A stretch of DNA of 64,000 bases from an uncultured Eubacteriales bacterium (GTDB lineage: Bacteria > Bacillota > Clostridia > Lachnospirales > Lachnospiraceae). The translations under genes were made by a program, and so were the position numbers. The notes below the pieces were generated by a model. It made no database searches. It saw nothing but the letters and a program-made list of their open reading frames with translations, and had not been told where the DNA came from. The stretch spans positions 21,631 to 85,630 of the forward strand of contig OMWV01000054.1 in the NCBI GenBank assembly GCA_900314845.1, read 5' to 3'. This document shows, one piece after another, positions 35,622 to 45,823 of this stretch (its first letter is position 1; every line of letters starts with the position of its first letter).

Positions 35622-36707
35622 ATGAAAAAGAGGTTATGTCTGACGGTATTTGGGCTTTCTCTTGCCGCGGCGCTGGCTGCGTTTCCGGGGAGCGCGCAGG
35701 CGGGGGAGCTTGAGCCGGGCGGCAACGACACGAAGGCGATCAATGCGGAGCTGGAGGATACGCACTATGTAAAGCTTCAGGCGGGCAAGACGTATCATCT
35801 GTCAAACTATATCACTGTTAACAGCGGTGATACGATAGACGCCACGGGCGCGACGATCCTGGTTGACAAGGCGATCATCAGGAATGTTCCCACAAGCACA
35901 GGATATGACTCCACAAGCGGCGTGAACATTAAGGGCGGAGTCTGGAAGTGCTCGTCTAAGAATAAGGGCGGCTGGAAGACGACATCCATCAGTTTTGCTC
36001 ACGCGAAAAATATAAAACTCGAGAACATGGAGCTTTATGCCACAAACTATCAGGGGCATGCCATAGAGCTTGTCGCCTGCAAGGACGTGACGGTAAAGGG
36101 CTGCAAGATCACTGCCCAGGGCAAGCCGGTCAAGAACAGCGTGGAGGAGATGCTGCAGATCGACCTTGCAACCCCCAGGACAGCTCCCTTCCTTGAATCA
36201 TCTAAGCTTCAGAACGGGAAGGCCAGCAAGAATATCTACGTGATAGGGAATACCATAAAGGGTTCCCGAGCCGTCTGCGCCAACTATGCCGCCAAGGAGG
36301 CAAAGTACAGGAACAGATACCATGAAAACATTGTGATAAAGAACAATAAGCTGACGGGTGTGACGGCCCAGGCCCTGTCCCTTTACAATACGATCAGCGG
36401 TACGGTCTCCGGCAACAAGATCGTGACCAACAGTCCCCGCCTGACGGAATCTTATTCGGATGGGTGCACCATCCAGTACATGGGCAAGGTAAAATCCACC
36501 GCTTCGAAATCGAAGTTTACGATCTCAAAGAACAAGATTTACGGCGGCAGAAACGGACTGAACATTTACAGCCATTCCTCTTCTAAGTTCGGAAAGGTCA
36601 CTTTAAAGAGCAATAAGATCTATTCGAAAAAAGGAAAATCCAAAGCCCTTCTTATCAGCCGTGTCAGGAAGGTAAGCAAAAAGGGAAACAAACTCTATAA
36701 ATGGTAG
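35622..36707 (+). CDS. Secreted right-handed parallel beta-helix repeat protein
   Basis: The signal peptide is MKKRLCLTVFGLSLAAALAAFPGSAQA. Repeated NIxIxNNxI / GxxIxxC-type turns occur, and the tail is Lys-rich. An AGGAGG RBS precedes the start. Confidence 0.65.
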   Translation: MKKRLCLTVFGLSLAAALAAFPGSAQAGELEPGGNDTKAINAELEDTHYVKLQAGKTYHLSNYITVNSGDTIDATGATILVDKAIIRNVPTSTGYDSTSGVNIKGGVWKCSSKNKGGWKTTSISFAHAKNIKLENMELYATNYQGHAIELVACKDVTVKGCKITAQGKPVKNSVEEMLQIDLATPRTAPFLESSKLQNGKASKNIYVIGNTIKGSRAVCANYAAKEAKYRNRYHENIVIKNNKLTGVTAQALSLYNTISGTVSGNKIVTNSPRLTESYSDGCTIQYMGKVKSTASKSKFTISKNKIYGGRNGLNIYSHSSSKFGKVTLKSNKIYSKKGKSKALLISRVRKVSKKGNKLYKW

Positions 36708-36722
36708 AAAGAAGGCATATCT

Positions 36723-37697
36723 ATGTGCACAGCAGCATATTACACAACGAAAGATCATTATTTTGGCAGGAACCTGGATCTGGAATTTTCCTATCATGAG
36801 CAGGTCGCTGTGACTCCCAGGAACTATCCATTTAATTTCAGAAATGTGCCCGGACTTGACAAGCATTTTGCTATCATAGGGATGGCATTTGTCGTAGAAG
36901 GCTATCCCCTCTATTATGACGCCGTCAATGAAAAAGGCCTGGGCGCCGCCGGCTTGAACTTCCCGGGCAACTGTGATTTTAAGGATCCGGCTGAGGGAAA
37001 GGATAACGTGGCCTCCTTTGAATTCATTCCCTGGCTCCTGGGCCAGTGCCAGACGATAGCAGATGTGAAGGGGCTCCTTGAGAAGGTGAATATCACAAAT
37101 GTTCCCTTCAGCTCTTCTCTGCCTCCCAATCCCCTGCACTGGATGATAGCGGATAGGGAGCAGGCCATTGTTGTCGAACAGACAAAGAGCGGGCTTCATG
37201 TCTATGACGATCCGGTCGGCGTCATGACAAACAATCCCACATTCGATATTCAGATGGCAAGGCTTGCCGATTACAGGAACCTGACGGCAGATCAGGGCCA
37301 GAGCAGCTTCGCCCCGGGCCTTGACCTTCCAGCCTACAGCCGCGGCATGGGTGCCATGGGACTGCCGGGAGATCTCTCATCCGCATCCCGCTTTGTAAAA
37401 GCGGCATTTACAAGGATGAATTCCCTGGCGGATGATTCCGAGTCTGCAAGCGTCAGCCAGTTTTTCCACATTCTGGGAAGCGTCGAGCAGCAGCGCGGCC
37501 TCTGCCACCTGGGCGGGGACAAGTATGAGATAACGATCTACTCTTCCTGCTGCAATCAGGACAAGGGGATCTACTACTATACGACATACGAGAACAGTCA
37601 GATCAATGCCGTCGACATGCACAGGGAGGACCTGGATGCCGACAAAGTCACAGCTTATGATCTCATAAAGGGACAGCAGTTTAATTTCCAGAACTGA
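36723..37697 (+). CDS. bsh: Choloylglycine hydrolase / bile salt hydrolase (Ntn hydrolase, Cys2 nucleophile)
   Basis: MCTAAYY...FGRNLDLEFSY, NEKGLGAAGLNFP, LHWMIADREQAIVVEQT and VMTNNPTFD are collinear by eye with C. perfringens CBAH. Confidence 0.9.
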   Translation: MCTAAYYTTKDHYFGRNLDLEFSYHEQVAVTPRNYPFNFRNVPGLDKHFAIIGMAFVVEGYPLYYDAVNEKGLGAAGLNFPGNCDFKDPAEGKDNVASFEFIPWLLGQCQTIADVKGLLEKVNITNVPFSSSLPPNPLHWMIADREQAIVVEQTKSGLHVYDDPVGVMTNNPTFDIQMARLADYRNLTADQGQSSFAPGLDLPAYSRGMGAMGLPGDLSSASRFVKAAFTRMNSLADDSESASVSQFFHILGSVEQQRGLCHLGGDKYEITIYSSCCNQDKGIYYYTTYENSQINAVDMHREDLDADKVTAYDLIKGQQFNFQN

Positions 37698-37913
37698 TAA
37701 ATTCTATCGGTCAGGCCGATGAGATGGATGCCATCCTGCATATTGCGGGGAGGCATCCATTTTTTTCGGGCAAAAAGGCTTTATTTCTGACAAATTCTGT
37801 CAAAAACCTGATTTTTTACATTAATTTTCCGAATAGGCTTTTCTTTGTCATAAACTGACGGTTTTACAGTTTTTTGCGTAAAATATTTGGCGCGAAGGAA
37901 TGGATAAAGGACT

Positions 37914-37965
37914 TTGTAAAGTACTTTACATAGATTTTAACAAATGAGTTATACAGTTCTTACAT
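37914..37965 (+). promoter_or_regulatory. Pho box array: five TT(T/A)ACA-like hexamers phased at 11-12 bp upstream of pstS
   Basis: The hexamers are TTTGTA (37914), TTTACA (37925), TTAACA (37937), TTATAC (37949) and TTACAT (37960). A -10-like TATCAT follows downstream. Confidence 0.55.
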
Positions 37966-38038
37966 TGCTCATGTATGCTTATCATATCCCGGGAAGATAT
38001 TGATTATTCTGAAAGTGGAACATATCAGGAGGATAGAT

Positions 38039-39031
38039 ATGAAAAAAAGTAATTTACAGAAGGCAGCTACGATCGCTCTTGCAGCTGTAGTTGCAGCAGT
38101 AGGTATGACAGCTTGCGGCGGTTCCGGCAGCTCAAGCTCAGCAGCAAGCGGCTCAAGTGAAGCCAGCTCAACAGAGGCAGCAAGCTCAAGTGAAGCCAGC
38201 TCTTCAGAAGCAAGCTCTTCAGAAGCCAGCACATCCGGCGAGAAGGTAGAGGGAACACTTACAGCAGCTGGTTCATCTGCACTCCTTCCTCTTGTACAGA
38301 GCGCAGCTGATTTCTTCATGCAGGAGAACCCCGATCTGGCTATCACAGTTAACGGCGGCGGTTCCGGTGAAGGTCTCAAGCAGGTAGCTGACGGCGCGAT
38401 CGATATCGGCAACTCTGATGTATTTGCTGAGGAGAAGCTCGATGCAGATGCAGCTAAGTCTCTTACAGACCATGAGGTATGTACAATTACTATGGCTCCT
38501 GTAGTTAACAAGGATCTCGGTATCGACAATCTTACAACAGAGCAGCTTGTTGATATCTTCACAGCTAAGGTAACCAACTGGAAGGATGTTGGCGGTCCCG
38601 ATGAGAAGATCATGCTTGTAACCCGTCCTTCTTCATCAGGTACAAGAGCTCTCTTCAAAGAGTGGGCACTGAACGGCGAGGAAGAGTCTTCCAACAAGAC
38701 CCTCGAGACAGATGACTCCGGTACACTTCTTCAGACTGTACAGCAGAACAAGGGCGCTATCGGTTATGTAGCTCTCTCTTACCTCGTAGACAACGATGAT
38801 GTAACACCCGTATCTATCGACGGCGTAGCTCCCACTCTTGAGAACACTTACAATGGTAAGTACAAGGTATGGGGTTATGAGCATATGTACACAAAGGGTG
38901 AAGGCACAGAGCAGGCTAAGGCATTCATAGACTACATGATGGGCGACAAGTTCTCCGAGCAGCTTGAGAAGATGGGTTACGGCGTATCTTCAAAGATGAG
39001 CGAAGAGGCTGTAAAGAGCCACGAGAAGTAA
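38039..39031 (+). CDS. pstS: Phosphate ABC transporter substrate-binding lipoprotein
   Basis: The lipobox is GMTAC, followed by a Ser/Glu/Ala linker. PBP motifs are AAGSSALLPL, NGGGSGEG and RPSSSGTR. An AGGAGGA RBS precedes the start. Confidence 0.9.
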   Translation: MKKSNLQKAATIALAAVVAAVGMTACGGSGSSSSAASGSSEASSTEAASSSEASSSEASSSEASTSGEKVEGTLTAAGSSALLPLVQSAADFFMQENPDLAITVNGGGSGEGLKQVADGAIDIGNSDVFAEEKLDADAAKSLTDHEVCTITMAPVVNKDLGIDNLTTEQLVDIFTAKVTNWKDVGGPDEKIMLVTRPSSSGTRALFKEWALNGEEESSNKTLETDDSGTLLQTVQQNKGAIGYVALSYLVDNDDVTPVSIDGVAPTLENTYNGKYKVWGYEHMYTKGEGTEQAKAFIDYMMGDKFSEQLEKMGYGVSSKMSEEAVKSHEK

Positions 39032-39050
39032 TCTGATAACAAGAACGACT

Positions 39051-39075
39051 GGATCCCGCATTCTGTGCGGGATCC
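39051..39075 (+). terminator. 10-bp perfect stem-loop between pstS and pstC (partial terminator or mRNA stabiliser)
   Basis: The stem ggatcccgca-ttctg-tgcgggatcc has only a short U tract (tt). Confidence 0.5.
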
Positions 39076-39115
39076 TTCCCTACTATAATCTTTGCACATC
39101 TATAAAGGGGCAGAT

Positions 39116-40021
39116 ATGAAAAATTTTCGCAGGGAATATGCCGGCAGATCGATCGTAACCATATGTGGTGTTTTCCTGATCGCTCTCACAATAATCATAG
39201 GTATATTTCTGGTAGTACGAGGGTCTGGTACATTTACAAAGTATCATCACTCTATATTCGAATTCCTCTTTACATCCGAGTGGGCACCGTCTGACACGGT
39301 AGGCGTGGGCGGCGGTAAAGTCGGAGCAGGAATCTACATCGTAGGATCTCTTCTTACCTGCGGACTTGCGCTTGCGATCGCGGCGCCGCTCAGCCTTGCG
39401 GAGGCAATATTCATCACGGAGATCTCACCGGATCTGGGCTCAAGAGTATTCCAGCCCGCTATCGAGATCTTCACAGGTATCCCTTCCGTTGTATACGGCT
39501 GGATCGGTCTGACGATCCTCGTTCCCTTTATCAGGGACGCATTTCACGCGGAGATGGGCGGTTATTCCGTACTGGCAGCCGGCCTGATCCTGGCGCTGAT
39601 GATATTTCCCACGATCTCTACCGTTTCGGCGGACGCGATCCGAAGCGTACCGGACAGCTACAGAAAAGCAGCCTATGGTCTGGGAGCGACAAGATGGCAG
39701 ATGATCTGGCACATTGTCCTTCCGGCAGCACTTCCGGGAATATTTACCGGAATCATCCTTGGTCTGACCAGGGCATTTGGAGAAGCACTTGCGGTTGCTA
39801 TGGTTATAGGAAAGACAAGAGCATTTCCAAAGAATATCCTTTCGCCTACAAATAACCTGACAGCTGCCATTGCCGCGGATATGGGAAATTCAGCAAACGG
39901 CGGAGAACAGAATATGGCCTTGTGGTCCATGGGTCTTCTGCTTTTCATCATCTCCATCATCTGCATCATGATCATCCATATCATTTCGGCAAGGAACAAG
40001 AAGAAGATGGGAGCACACTGA
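39116..40021 (+). CDS. pstC: Phosphate ABC transporter permease PstC
   Basis: Six TM segments and the EAA-like loop SVPDSYRKAAYGLGATRWQ are present. Operon position supports the call. Confidence 0.9.
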   Translation: MKNFRREYAGRSIVTICGVFLIALTIIIGIFLVVRGSGTFTKYHHSIFEFLFTSEWAPSDTVGVGGGKVGAGIYIVGSLLTCGLALAIAAPLSLAEAIFITEISPDLGSRVFQPAIEIFTGIPSVVYGWIGLTILVPFIRDAFHAEMGGYSVLAAGLILALMIFPTISTVSADAIRSVPDSYRKAAYGLGATRWQMIWHIVLPAALPGIFTGIILGLTRAFGEALAVAMVIGKTRAFPKNILSPTNNLTAAIAADMGNSANGGEQNMALWSMGLLLFIISIICIMIIHIISARNKKKMGAH

Positions 40022-40043
40022 TGAAAGGGGAGGCAGTTAGATA

Positions 40044-40943
40044 ATGGATACAAACAAAATTCAGCAGCAGCTGGGACGTGCCAGAAAGACTGATAAAGTT
40101 GTCACCGGTCTGCTCTATGGCATCGGTGGTTTCTTCCTCGCTCTTCTGATCGTTATGGCCGGCTATATCATCATTAAGGGTCTTTTGGATCTTGATCCCA
40201 AGTTCCTCTCATTTTCAAGAAATGGTATAGGAAATCAGTTCTTCAACACGATATATCTTGTTGTTCTTTCCCTGCTCATCAGTGTTCCTATCGGAATAGG
40301 AGCAGGAATTTATCTTGCGGAGTATGCAGGAGATAACAAGCTGACAGCGGCGATCCGTGTCAGTATCGAGTCTCTTTCTTCTCTGCCTTCCATTGTTGTA
40401 GGTCTGTTTGGATACCTGGTATTTATCCTCTCCACAGGCATGCAGTGGAATCTCCTGGCCGGAGCACTCGCGGTTTCCATACTGAGTCTGCCCTCGATCA
40501 CCACGACAACGGAGGACGCCATCCGAAACCTTCCCAAGAGCTACAAGCAGGGCTCTATGGCCCTGGGTGCCTCACACTGGAAAGCGATAACGTCAGTTCT
40601 TCTGCCGGCATGTTTTCCCAGAATCATCACCGGCATCATCCTTGCAGCGGGACGTGGATTCGGCGAGGCGGCTGCCCTGCTCTACACGGCAGGTCAGAGT
40701 ACGGTTATCAACTGGCATAACTGGAACCTTACATCAGCTACATGCCCGCTGAACCCGATCCGTTCCGGTGAGACGCTTGCCCTCCACATCTGGGTTTTGA
40801 GAACAGAAGGATCTCTGCACGCGAACTCTACACAGATAGCGAATGTATCTGCTGCGGTGCTCGTGCTTATGACACTGATCTTCAGCCTGTCAGCCAGAGT
40901 CGTAACAAGAAGGATCACCAGGAAGAATCTTGGAGAAGAGTAA
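40044..40943 (+). CDS. pstA: Phosphate ABC transporter permease PstA
   Basis: The EAA loop is NLPKSYKQGSMALGASHWK. Operon position supports the call. Confidence 0.9.
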   Translation: MDTNKIQQQLGRARKTDKVVTGLLYGIGGFFLALLIVMAGYIIIKGLLDLDPKFLSFSRNGIGNQFFNTIYLVVLSLLISVPIGIGAGIYLAEYAGDNKLTAAIRVSIESLSSLPSIVVGLFGYLVFILSTGMQWNLLAGALAVSILSLPSITTTTEDAIRNLPKSYKQGSMALGASHWKAITSVLLPACFPRIITGIILAAGRGFGEAAALLYTAGQSTVINWHNWNLTSATCPLNPIRSGETLALHIWVLRTEGSLHANSTQIANVSAAVLVLMTLIFSLSARVVTRRITRKNLGEE

Positions 40944-40970
40944 ACATCTTTACAGAAATAAGGGTAGAAT

Positions 40971-41729
40971 ATGAGCGAAAACACAAAGATGACGATCAGC
41001 AGCCTGGACCTCTACTACGGTGCGTTTCAGGCTCTGAAGAATGTGAATATGAACATAGAGGAGCATAAGATCACAGCCCTCATCGGTCCTTCCGGATGCG
41101 GTAAATCTACATTCCTCAAGACGCTCAACAGGATGAACGATCTTGAGAAGGGTGTAAGGATCGAGGGTCAGATCTGTCTTGACGGGGTCGATATCTACAA
41201 GGATATCGATGCTATTGAACTTCGCAAGATGGTCGGTATGGTATTCCAGCAGCCCAACCCCTTCCCGAAGTCTATATATGATAACGTGGCTTACGGCCCA
41301 AGGATCAACGGAATAAAGAGCAAGGCAAAGCTTGATGAGATCGTTGAGAGAAGCTTAAAGCAGGCTGCGATCTGGGATGAGCTCAAGGACAGGCTGGACA
41401 AGAGTGCCCTGGGACTCTCCGGCGGCCAGCAGCAGAGACTGTGCATAGCCAGGACCCTGGCTGTGGAACCGGAAGTTCTCCTGATGGATGAGCCTACCAG
41501 TGCCCTTGACCCTATTTCAACATCTAAGATAGAAGACCTTGCTGAAGAACTGAAAGAGCAGTATACTATTGTAATAGTTACACATAATATGCAGCAGGCA
41601 GTTCGTATCTCGGATAACACAGCATTTTTCCTTCTCGGAGAGATGGTAGAATACGAAGAGACAGAGAAGCTTTTTGCGTCTCCTAAGGATCCCAGAACAG
41701 AAAGATACATAACGGGGAGGTTCGGTTAA
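40971..41729 (+). CDS. pstB: Phosphate ABC transporter ATP-binding protein
   Basis: Motifs are [22 protein letters not shown] and [12 protein letters not shown], with the PstB-typical C-terminus [15 protein letters not shown]. Confidence 0.95.
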   Translation: MSENTKMTISSLDLYYGAFQALKNVNMNIEEHKITALIGPSGCGKSTFLKTLNRMNDLEKGVRIEGQICLDGVDIYKDIDAIELRKMVGMVFQQPNPFPKSIYDNVAYGPRINGIKSKAKLDEIVERSLKQAAIWDELKDRLDKSALGLSGGQQQRLCIARTLAVEPEVLLMDEPTSALDPISTSKIEDLAEELKEQYTIVIVTHNMQQAVRISDNTAFFLLGEMVEYEETEKLFASPKDPRTERYITGRFG

Positions 41730-42382
41730 TGCGACATGTATTTGAGAAAGAGCTCAATCAGCTGAATGCTGATATGATTTCCATGGGAGCTCTGTGTGAG
41801 AATGCCATTCAGACAACGATCGTTTATCTCAGGACGCCTGAGATCGACAGACACGAAGATATCCTGTCCAGCGTAGACCAGATCAATCACAAGGAGAGGG
41901 ATATAGAGAACATGTGTCTCAAGCTCCTGATGCAGCAGCAGCCCGTAGCGCGGGATCTGAGAACGATTTCCGCGGCTCTCAAGATGGTATCCGATCTTGA
42001 GAGGATTGGGGACAACGCGGATGATATCGCCGAGATCCTGACTCTTCAGAACATCAAGGCGGAATATCTGGATTCTATTGAGCTGATAGATATGGCCAAG
42101 GCGGTAGACCTGATGCTCAGCGACGCGATAAACGCATTTGTAAAGCGTGACGAAGAGCTGGCGAGAAAGGTCATAGACGAAGACGATGTGATCGATGATT
42201 ATTTCAACAGAATAAAGGTGAAGCTGGCAGAAGAGTTCAAGGATAGTTCCAAGAACGTCGACGCCCTGCTCGATCTTTTTATGGTCACAAAGTATTTTGA
42301 GAGGATCGCTGATCATTCCGTGAATATCGGAAGATGGGTCGTATTCATGATAACAGGCACTCTGGAGGGGAATACGAACTGA
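41729..42382 (+). CDS. phoU: Phosphate signalling complex protein PhoU
   Basis: Two PhoU repeats carry the D/ExxxD motifs DLERIGDNADDIAE and YFERIADHSVNI. The start overlaps the pstB stop as TAATG. Confidence 0.9.
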   Translation: MRHVFEKELNQLNADMISMGALCENAIQTTIVYLRTPEIDRHEDILSSVDQINHKERDIENMCLKLLMQQQPVARDLRTISAALKMVSDLERIGDNADDIAEILTLQNIKAEYLDSIELIDMAKAVDLMLSDAINAFVKRDEELARKVIDEDDVIDDYFNRIKVKLAEEFKDSSKNVDALLDLFMVTKYFERIADHSVNIGRWVVFMITGTLEGNTN

Positions 42383-42454
42383 TCCTTCGCGGCGGCCGGC
42401 CGGCCCCCGGCAGCTCTTTTACTATCAGATTATATTTTTGGCAAGGGGAATATT

Positions 42455-43129
42455 ATGATATTTTGTGTTGAGGATGACGAGGCGGCAAGCAATATTGCCG
42501 CTTATGCTTTGGAGACTGCAGGATTTCAGGTACAGTCCTTTGAAAACGGCAGAGATTTTTTCGAGGCGCTCAGGACAGAGAAGCCTGAGCTGATACTCCT
42601 CGACATCATGCTGCCGGGCGAGGATGGGATCTCTATCCTGAAGAAACTTCGCGCTGACCAGTCTACCAGGAATATTCCTGTGATCATGACTACAGCAAAG
42701 GGCACAGAATTTGATAAGGTGACAGGCCTGGATCTGGGAGCGGATGATTATCTTGTGAAGCCATTCGGTATGCTGGAGATGGTATCGCGTGTGAGAGCTG
42801 TTCTCAGAAGGACGACGCCGCCCGAGACGGTGGATGAAGTCCTGAGAGCGGGCAATGTAGAGCTCAATGAGGCGGCCCACATTGTTTCAGTGGACGGCAA
42901 GCCTCTGGCGCTTACCCTCAAGGAATATTCTCTCCTTGAACTGTTTATGAAGAATCCCGACAGAGTATTCGACCGGGAAACTCTGCTGATGAAGATATGG
43001 AACAGTGATTATTCCGGCGATACCCGTACTGTGGATGTGCATGTGGGTACCCTTCGCTCGAAACTGGGCAGCTCCGGCGATATGATCCAGACGGTCCGGG
43101 GAGTGGGCTATAAGCTGGTGACAGTATGA
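42455..43129 (+). CDS. OmpR/PhoB-family response regulator
   Basis: The receiver domain has LILLDIMLPGEDG and KPF. The winged helix has TVDVHVGTLRSKL and RGVGYKL. Confidence 0.9.
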   Translation: MIFCVEDDEAASNIAAYALETAGFQVQSFENGRDFFEALRTEKPELILLDIMLPGEDGISILKKLRADQSTRNIPVIMTTAKGTEFDKVTGLDLGADDYLVKPFGMLEMVSRVRAVLRRTTPPETVDEVLRAGNVELNEAAHIVSVDGKPLALTLKEYSLLELFMKNPDRVFDRETLLMKIWNSDYSGDTRTVDVHVGTLRSKLGSSGDMIQTVRGVGYKLVTV

Positions 43130-44805
43130 CAAAAAGGATCTTCAAATATACAGAGCTTATCATCCTGCTCACATTAGTGGGCGGGTTTACTGCTATTTTG
43201 CTGTTGTTTTACAATTACTTCGGCACCCTGCAGCACAGACAGCTGAAGACAGAGACAGCGATCACCGCTGAGGCTGTGGAGAACGGAGGACTGGACTATC
43301 TGAACGGCCTGAAGGTTGACAATACCCGAGTCACCTGGATCGCGGCGGACGGGACGGTCCTTTTTGACAATGAGGCTGACCCGGCTTCCATGAATAATCA
43401 TGCCGAAAGACCTGAGGTTGAGGAAGCCCTCAAGGACGGCTATGGGGAGAGTACCCGCTATTCCAAGACACTGACCACTGCCATGTATTACAGCGCGAAG
43501 CGTCTGGACAACGGATCTGTCGTCAGGGTAGCCGAGTCAAGGAATACCGTATTTGCCATAGCTCTTGGCATGCTCCTGCCCATGATCTGGATCTTTATCC
43601 TGCTCATGATCCTTACCTGGTTTCTGTCTTCCCATACAGCGAAGCAGATCGTAGAGCCTCTGAACAATTTTGACCTGGACAACCCTCTGGAGAATCAGCA
43701 GTATCCGGAGCTGACTCCTTTTCTTCACCGGATCTATTCCCAGCAGCGGGAGATCAGTGTTCAGAAGGAATCTCTTGACCGGACGGAGAAGGATTTTGTT
43801 ACCGTCACGGAGCACATGAGCGAGTGTCTCATCCTCCTGAGCGTTGACGGCAAGATCCTGATCATAAACAAGCAGGCGATGAAACTGCTTCACACGGATG
43901 ATTCCTGCATCGGCAGAAATATCCTCTTCCTTGAGAGACGGGTCGTATTCCAGGAAGCGCTGAAGAAGGCAGCAGGGGGAGAGCACAGTGAGCTTATCCT
44001 TGATTTTGCCGGCAGAAGATTTCAGACGGATATCAGTCCTATCCCGGGCGATGAGGGCAATGAGAGCGCCGGAATGGCAGTCCTCATGTTTGATGTGACA
44101 GATAAAGAGAATGCCGAGCAGATGAGAAGGGAATTTACGGCGAATGTTTCCCATGAGCTGAAGACCCCTCTCCACACGATATCAGGCTGCGCGGAGCTTC
44201 TGCAGACCGGCGCGGTGAAGCCCGACGCCCAGAAGAAGTTTGTCGATACGATCTATTCTCAGGCACAGCGTATGATCGCTCTTGTGGAGGACATTCTGAC
44301 CATTTCCCACCTGGACGAGGGAGCCGGTGATATGAAGTGGGAGGATATCAATCTCATGGAGGTCTCCAACAAGGTTGCGGCCCAGCTCCAGCAGCAGGCT
44401 ATTGCCAAACACATTGCCCTGACTGTATCAGGGAATGCCTGCCAGATCCGCGGCGTACCCCAGCTGGTAGACAATATCATTTATAACCTTGTCGACAATG
44501 CCATAAAGTACAACAAAGAAAATGGCAGCGTAAACATAGACATCAGACCCGGGGATGAGGGGACAGTTCTGAGCGTTTCCGATACGGGCATAGGCATACC
44601 GGAGAAAGATATTCCGAGGATATTTGAGAGGTTCTACCGGGTAGATAAGAGCCATTCCCGCGAGATCGGCGGTACCGGTCTCGGCCTTTCCATCGTAAAG
44701 CACGCGGCTCAGACCATGCAGGCAGAGCTTGACGTGACGAGTCAGCCGGGCAGGGGAACGACCTTCAAAGTTACATTTCCATCCGGCGATGGCGGGAAAA
44801 GATAA
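43126..44805 (+). CDS. phoR: PhoR-type sensor histidine kinase
   Basis: It has 2 TM segments with an extracytoplasmic loop and a PAS-like segment. The H-box is FTANVSHELKTPL, the N-box DNAIKYN, and the G-boxes DTGIGI and GTGLGLSIV. The start overlaps the regulator as ATGA. Confidence 0.85.
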   Translation: MTKRIFKYTELIILLTLVGGFTAILLLFYNYFGTLQHRQLKTETAITAEAVENGGLDYLNGLKVDNTRVTWIAADGTVLFDNEADPASMNNHAERPEVEEALKDGYGESTRYSKTLTTAMYYSAKRLDNGSVVRVAESRNTVFAIALGMLLPMIWIFILLMILTWFLSSHTAKQIVEPLNNFDLDNPLENQQYPELTPFLHRIYSQQREISVQKESLDRTEKDFVTVTEHMSECLILLSVDGKILIINKQAMKLLHTDDSCIGRNILFLERRVVFQEALKKAAGGEHSELILDFAGRRFQTDISPIPGDEGNESAGMAVLMFDVTDKENAEQMRREFTANVSHELKTPLHTISGCAELLQTGAVKPDAQKKFVDTIYSQAQRMIALVEDILTISHLDEGAGDMKWEDINLMEVSNKVAAQLQQQAIAKHIALTVSGNACQIRGVPQLVDNIIYNLVDNAIKYNKENGSVNIDIRPGDEGTVLSVSDTGIGIPEKDIPRIFERFYRVDKSHSREIGGTGLGLSIVKHAAQTMQAELDVTSQPGRGTTFKVTFPSGDGGKR

Positions 44806-44830
44806 AAAAGTAATATGAAATCACATAAAA

Positions 44831-44861
44831 GGACCGCAGAGCCGGGATGGCGCTGCGGTCC
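44831..44861. terminator. Hairpin between convergent genes
   Basis: The stem is a perfect 9 bp, ggaccgcag ... ctgcggtcc. The U tract is weak. Confidence 0.5.
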
Positions 44862-44936
44862 GTTGTTATAGATATCATCTTTCAATCAGCTGGCCCGGCG
44901 CCCTGATAGAAATAATAGATGGCAGAGCAGCGCCAC

Positions 44937-45641
44937 TTAGTCAGCTGAGCTGCCCGGACAGGGGATCAGACCCTTTATTTTCTCGAGAAAGAAATGATTG
45001 AAGAGGGCGATGACCCGACCGACCCCTATGACGGCAAGGACGGTTCCAATCCCGATGCCTATCAGCTTTCCGGCCAGGGCAAGGGAAAGGACTATGGTCA
45101 GCAGGACGCAGCCAAGGTCCCAGAAGTTTTTGACTGTTCCGGTTTTCTTGCGCGTGAAATCAGCGACAGCCTGGACGACGCCGTCCCCGGGATTGGGGAT
45201 CATGCGCACGTCAAGCGACATGGCTGCCCCTATGCCGGTCAGGATGATTGCGAGGACCAAGAGAAGGATCCTTCCGGCAAATGTTCCCGCGAATGTGCCG
45301 GCGCAGTCCTTCTCAAAAACGGGGATCAGGGCTCCGAGCATGTTCATAAAGCGGGTGAATGCGATGCTTAAGGGAATCTGAAGGATGTCTGAGATCAGAA
45401 GACTCTTCAGATTGGCAGGTCGGCGGATCAGGTTTAAGAGAATCTCTATGATAACAAAGATCGTATACCAGATCAGGGTCGCGTTGCCGAAATTCGTCTG
45501 CCAGATCTCAGATACCGCGTAGGCAACGGATATGATGGGCGATGTGCCCAGGGTCGTCTTTGTCATAAGGATCAGGCCGCAGGCCAGGATCATCAGGCCG
45601 ACCAGATATATGGTCCATCTATATAATCGTTTCAAATTCAT
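44937..45641 (-). CDS. YczE/YitT-like integral membrane protein
   Basis: MNLKRLYRWTIYLVGLMILACGLILMTKTTLGTSPI... fits the pattern. The protein is multi-TM and contains a GTFAGTFAG duplication. ATG 45641 is preferred as the start. Confidence 0.5.
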   Translation of the reverse strand: MNLKRLYRWTIYLVGLMILACGLILMTKTTLGTSPIISVAYAVSEIWQTNFGNATLIWYTIFVIIEILLNLIRRPANLKSLLISDILQIPLSIAFTRFMNMLGALIPVFEKDCAGTFAGTFAGRILLLVLAIILTGIGAAMSLDVRMIPNPGDGVVQAVADFTRKKTGTVKNFWDLGCVLLTIVLSLALAGKLIGIGIGTVLAVIGVGRVIALFNHFFLEKIKGLIPCPGSSAD

Positions 45642-45823
45642 CACTCCGGGATTTATTCTAGCACAAATTGCCTGTAAGGTGGAAGAGCACATTCCTTTAT
45701 CCATAATATATATTTATCGAATTATGAAAATATATTATTTTTCTTTTTGTAAAATATTTTCTATAATATATCCGCGGTCACTTGCAGCGGCTGCGGAAAG
45801 GAAAAGGAAAGAGGGAGAATATT

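Noticed and set aside
38128-38235. Short direct repeats in pstS as a possible CRISPR-like or minisatellite array.
   Set aside because: They are in-frame coding repeats for a Ser/Glu/Ala linker. The repeat units are 15-33 nt with no unique spacers and no cas genes.
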